Shown here: positions 40,948-44,474 of the stretch, in pieces | Layout: each line of letters begins with the position of its first letter | How positions within the stretch are numbered: the stretch's first letter is position 1 | From: an uncultured Rhizobiaceae bacterium | GTDB lineage: Bacteria; Pseudomonadota; Alphaproteobacteria; Rhizobiales; Rhizobiaceae | Direction: 5' to 3' | Length of the DNA: 44,474 bases | Assembly: GCA_964645215.1 (NCBI GenBank) | Contig: CAZXZQ010000001.1 | Location: 1-44,474 of the forward strand | The notes under the pieces: model-generated | Told to the model about the DNA's origin: nothing | The model's input: only the letters and a program-made list of their open reading frames with translations | Databases searched by the model: none | Made by a program: the position numbers and the translations under genes

Positions 40948-41929
40948 ACAGCTTGAATTACGATTATGCGGACCGCGTGGCTTTTGTGCAGGTGTTGATC
41001 GCGCCATACAAATGGTGGTGTTGGCATTAAAGAAATTTGGTGCGCCTGTTTATGTGCGTCATGAGATAGTACACAATCGTTATGTCGTTGAGGGCTTGGA
41101 ACAAAAGGGTGCAGTATTCGTCAAGGAACTCGATGAAATTCCGGAAACCAATCAACCGGTTATTTTTTCTGCGCATGGTGTACCAAAATCAGTTCCTGCC
41201 AACGCAGAAGCAATGAACTTGTTTTATCTGGATGCAACATGCCCGCTTGTATCTAAAGTGCATAAACAGGCAATTCGCCACATCCGCCAGGGCCGTCATG
41301 TTTTGCTTATCGGCCATGCAGGTCATCCTGAAGTCATTGGCACAATGGGGCAAGTGCAGCCCGATGAGATGAGCCTGATTGAGGATGTTGAAGGCGCAAA
41401 TACTTATGAGCCGCATGACGCTGATGCCTTGGGCTATGTGACACAAACCACGCTTTCAGTTGATGACACAGATGAAATATTGAAAGTGCTTCAAAAACGC
41501 TTTCCAAATCTTAATGCACCGTCAGCAGAATCCATTTGCTATGCCACTACAAACCGTCAGGAAGTGGTAAAGCTTGCTGCAAAAGGCGCGGATCATTTTC
41601 TGATTGTTGGTGCGCCAAATTCATCTAATTCTAAACGGCTTGTAGAGGTTGCGAAAAAGGCTGGCTCGACAAAATCAACACTCGTTCAAAAAGCAGCGGA
41701 TATTCCTTGGGACGAGATTAATGCTGGTGACAAAGTCGGTCTGTCAGCAGGCGCGTCGGCACCGGAAATCTTGGTCAATGAGATCATTGATGCCTTTAAA
41801 GCAAGATTTGATTTAACGCTTAATCTTGTTGAGACCGTCAAGGAAGATGAAGAGTTTTTAGTTGCAAGAGATTTAAGAGATACTCAGCTTACCCAAGATG
41901 ATATGGCATTTGTAAACGGGGTTTTATAA
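40940..41929 (+). CDS. ispH: 4-hydroxy-3-methylbut-2-enyl diphosphate reductase
   Basis: [29 protein letters not shown] and a later conserved Cys (ICYATTNRQ). The ATG at 40940 overlaps the SURF1 stop by 8 nt. Confidence 0.96.
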   Translation: MDKQLELRLCGPRGFCAGVDRAIQMVVLALKKFGAPVYVRHEIVHNRYVVEGLEQKGAVFVKELDEIPETNQPVIFSAHGVPKSVPANAEAMNLFYLDATCPLVSKVHKQAIRHIRQGRHVLLIGHAGHPEVIGTMGQVQPDEMSLIEDVEGANTYEPHDADALGYVTQTTLSVDDTDEILKVLQKRFPNLNAPSAESICYATTNRQEVVKLAAKGADHFLIVGAPNSSNSKRLVEVAKKAGSTKSTLVQKAADIPWDEINAGDKVGLSAGASAPEILVNEIIDAFKARFDLTLNLVETVKEDEEFLVARDLRDTQLTQDDMAFVNGVL

Positions 41930-42898
41930 ATGGCTGTTTATACAGAAATAGCTGATACAGAGCTTATAGAATATCTGACCAAATACGATATTGGCGAACT
42001 GCATTCGTTGAAGGGTATTGCAGAGGGCGTTGAGAATTCAAACTATCTTCTCTCTACCGATAAAGGCATGCATATTCTTACCCTCTATGAGAAGCGGGTA
42101 AATGCAGATGACTTGCCGTTTTTTCTGGGTCTTATGGAGCATCTTTATAAAAATGGTGTTGATTGCCCACAACCGATTGCACTTAATACAGGTGAACAGC
42201 TTTCTACGCTTGCCGGTCGACCATCAGCGATTATTAGTTACCTCGATGGTAATTCCGTTAAGCGGCCAACATCAGATCATTGCAGGCAGGTAGGCAAGGG
42301 ACTTGCAACAATGCATTTGGCGGGTGAAGGGTTTAAGATCAAACGCCCCAATGGTTTGACCGTTGGAGACTGGCGCCCACTATACGAAATGTCTGGCAAA
42401 CGATCTGAGGAAGTTCTTAGCGGCTTAAGTAAGTTGATTGAGCATGAACTTGATTTTCTTGAAGCAAGCTGGCCAAACGATCTACCAGCCGGTGTGATTC
42501 ATGCTGATTTATTTGCAGATAATGTTTTCTTTTTAAAAAACCAACTCTCAGGGATTATTGATTTCTATTTCGCTTGCAATGATTTGCTGGCATATGATGT
42601 CGCGATTTGCATCAACGCATGGTGTTTTGAGAGTGACCATTCTTTTAATGCAACCAAAGCAAATGCCATGTTGAAAGGCTATTGCGAAGTACGGCAATTA
42701 GAGGCTGCTGAATGTGAAGCATTGCCAATTTTGTGCAGAGGGTCTGCACTGCGCTTTTTACTAACGCGCCTCTATGACTGGCTGAATGTGCCGCCTGGCG
42801 CATTGGTAACACCTAAAAACCCTTCAGAATACATTGCGAAGTTACGCTTTCACCAATCTGTCAAATCGGCTTCAGAATATGGGATGGATATTGTATGA
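41930..42898 (+). CDS. thrB: homoserine kinase, ThrB type II (APH-like kinase fold)
   Basis: 322 aa with MAVYTEI...[13 protein letters not shown] and [13 protein letters not shown]. It starts directly after the ispH stop. Confidence 0.9.
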   Translation: MAVYTEIADTELIEYLTKYDIGELHSLKGIAEGVENSNYLLSTDKGMHILTLYEKRVNADDLPFFLGLMEHLYKNGVDCPQPIALNTGEQLSTLAGRPSAIISYLDGNSVKRPTSDHCRQVGKGLATMHLAGEGFKIKRPNGLTVGDWRPLYEMSGKRSEEVLSGLSKLIEHELDFLEASWPNDLPAGVIHADLFADNVFFLKNQLSGIIDFYFACNDLLAYDVAICINAWCFESDHSFNATKANAMLKGYCEVRQLEAAECEALPILCRGSALRFLLTRLYDWLNVPPGALVTPKNPSEYIAKLRFHQSVKSASEYGMDIV

Positions 42899-43329
42899 CG
42901 ACCGTTCAAATTTGGACAGATGGTGCGTGTTCAGGCAATCCCGGGCCCGGTGGTTGGGGCGCTTTGCTACGTTATGGGGACAATGAAAAAGAACTGTGCG
43001 GTGGTGAAGAAGATACCACAAATAACCGTATGGAATTGAAAGCTGCAATTGAAGCACTAAACGCTTTAAAGAAGCCTTGTAAGGTGGAACTCACCACAGA
43101 CTCTCAATATGTAAAAGGTGGCATGACAGGCTGGATTTTTGGTTGGAAAAAGAACGGCTGGAAGACCGCTGCAAAAAAACCGGTTAAGAATGATGATCTT
43201 TGGAAGGCGCTTGATGAGGCCGTATCAAAACATGATGTTACTTGGCACTGGATTAAAGGCCATGCGGGTCATGCAGAAAATGAAAAGGCGGACGAACTCG
43301 CCCGCCTAGGTATGGAAGATTATAAGTAA
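42895..43329 (+). CDS. rnhA: ribonuclease HI
   Basis: 144 aa with [29 protein letters not shown] and [16 protein letters not shown]. It overlaps thrB with ATGA. Confidence 0.95.
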   Translation: MTTVQIWTDGACSGNPGPGGWGALLRYGDNEKELCGGEEDTTNNRMELKAAIEALNALKKPCKVELTTDSQYVKGGMTGWIFGWKKNGWKTAAKKPVKNDDLWKALDEAVSKHDVTWHWIKGHAGHAENEKADELARLGMEDYK

Positions 43330-43333
43330 GTCT

Positions 43334-43819
43334 CTACAGCGCTTCTAGAATTTTTTCTGCAGATGACTCTACTGCTGAACTAGGTACATCTTCAACATTA
43401 AGCGTTGTTACCTTGCCATCCTCAACAATCATTGCATACCGTTTTGAACGAATTGCAAGACCACGTTCGGTGAGATCAAGGTCCATGCCGACTGCTTTTG
43501 AAAAATCAGCACTTGGATCACAAAGAAAGGTAATTTTTCCTGTGGCACTCGTGCTGTCCGCCCATGCCTGCATAACAAAAACATCGTTGACAGACACAAC
43601 AGCAATTTCATCAACACCCTTTGCTTTAATCGCATCTGCGTGTTCAACAAAACCGGGCAGGTGGTTCATGTGGCATGTTGGCGTAAATGCACCGGGCACC
43701 GCAAACAAGACAACTTTTTTACCTGCAAAAATCTCGCCGGTAGTTGTTGCACCGGGCCCGTCTTCGGTCATGAGAAAGAAAGAAGTTTCCGGCAAGTTAT
43801 CGCCAATTGAAATAGCCAT
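43334..43819 (-). CDS. peroxiredoxin (Prx5-like, 1-Cys/atypical 2-Cys type)
   Basis: 161 aa with the VPGAFTPTC active-site motif. Confidence 0.9.
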   Translation of the reverse strand: MAISIGDNLPETSFFLMTEDGPGATTTGEIFAGKKVVLFAVPGAFTPTCHMNHLPGFVEHADAIKAKGVDEIAVVSVNDVFVMQAWADSTSATGKITFLCDPSADFSKAVGMDLDLTERGLAIRSKRYAMIVEDGKVTTLNVEDVPSSAVESSAEKILEAL

Positions 43820-43885
43820 ATTAAAAATCCTAGATTCAAAATTGAAAGATGTATTACTCGTAACTTAGGCTAAGCAGCGAAATTT

Positions 43886-44474
43886 TCAACGCTCAATTTC
43901 AATTCCAGTAGATCCGGTAACGAGCGTGTATCTGAGTTTTTCTTCAAGTGGGTTAATATCTTTAGGTGCATGCCTAATATCAAGATTAAAAACAGCACTG
44001 CTATCGTCTTGGTGCATCAATTTTGCAGGCTTTAGATACCAATCTGACGGCCCTTCTACAAACAAGTTTGGCTGCCCAAAATCCTTGTTATGTTTCACCG
44101 TAATCATGAGCGCTTTGTTATTGTCATTCTTAACACTTACGATCATATCATCGGCGGCTTTTTTGGGAAGACTGAGGCTCGCAAGCGTAATTGCCTGAAT
44201 TGCGCGTGGGTCTGTCATGAACAACTCACGAACAGGAATATCAAGCTTGGCTTTTGCCGGAATACAAATTTCTGAACACACACCGATGGTCAAGTTTAGC
44301 TTTATCTTACCTTGATTGTTTGCAAGCAGGTTTCCCGCAAACGGAAAACTTACCTGCTTCTTATAGCCTGCATATTTAACATCATAACTTTCCAAAGTTT
44401 TAGGCACAGGAAATTGGACACCGTCTAGTTCAAAGCTTTGAGAGCTAGAGAAATCAAATAAAGGTGGAATGCCG
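43886..44474 (-). CDS. DsbD N-terminal-domain-like protein (thiol:disulfide interchange related), 5'-partial at the window edge
   Basis: The reading frame stays open upstream of the GTG at 44407 all the way to the window end (..GIPPLFDFSSSQSFELDGVQFPVPKT..). The pattern of P.P...YAG....FPF and GVCSEICIP fits the DsbD-alpha-like family. Confidence 0.6.
   Translation of the reverse strand, partial: GIPPLFDFSSSQSFELDGVQFPVPKTLESYDVKYAGYKKQVSFPFAGNLLANNQGKIKLNLTIGVCSEICIPAKAKLDIPVRELFMTDPRAIQAITLASLSLPKKAADDMIVSVKNDNNKALMITVKHNKDFGQPNLFVEGPSDWYLKPAKLMHQDDSSAVFNLDIRHAPKDINPLEEKLRYTLVTGSTGIEIER

Noticed and set aside
40722-41027. A 101-aa minus-strand ORF across the SURF1/ispH junction.
   Set aside because: It is antisense to two confidently assigned, translationally coupled genes.

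Overview
This window looks like a chromosomal segment of an alphaproteobacterium. Gene content and order (ialB, then coxB-ctaD-ctaB-small ORF-ctaG-ctaE-DUF983-SURF1-ispH-thrB-rnhA, plus mucR and DUF2007) resemble Hyphomicrobiales/Rhizobiales. It looks moderately AT-rich by eye; I did not compute GC. About 50 tightly packed protein genes, many coupled by ATGA or TAATG overlaps, are almost all housekeeping: glyQ/glyS, purD, ubiA, Sua5/TsaC, a long acyl-CoA dehydrogenase with crotonases, RNA methyltransferases, xseB, ribB(X), aroC, fabI, pdxH, tldD, a complete aa3-type cytochrome c oxidase cluster, ispH, thrB, rnhA and a peroxiredoxin. I recognised no rRNA, tRNA, CRISPR array, IS element, transposase or integrase. 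Six things deserve a second look. (1) The only accessory-looking stretch is 29.8-32.0 kb. It holds a MucR-like gene with degenerate zinc ligands, divergent from a small LuxR/GerE protein that carries its HTH at the N-terminus. That protein is translationally coupled to a 158-aa orphan, and a GNAT-like 233-aa orphan overlaps the pair convergently by 44 nt. This is a candidate uncharacterised signalling or toxin-antitoxin-like module. (2) glyQ and glyS are separated by a CDGSH gene and a VOC gene. A relic copy of the glyS 5' end lies upstream of the real glyS start, and its five differences from glyS are all synonymous third-position changes. (3) A perfect 7-2-7 palindrome with an ACGT core sits in front of the acyl-CoA dehydrogenase/crotonase pair. 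(4) Several intergenic regions carry repeated operator-like motifs. (5) A 58-codon membrane ORF is missing from the ORF track. (6) Two hairpin terminators are present. All family assignments come from reading motifs by eye and memory; no database search was run.
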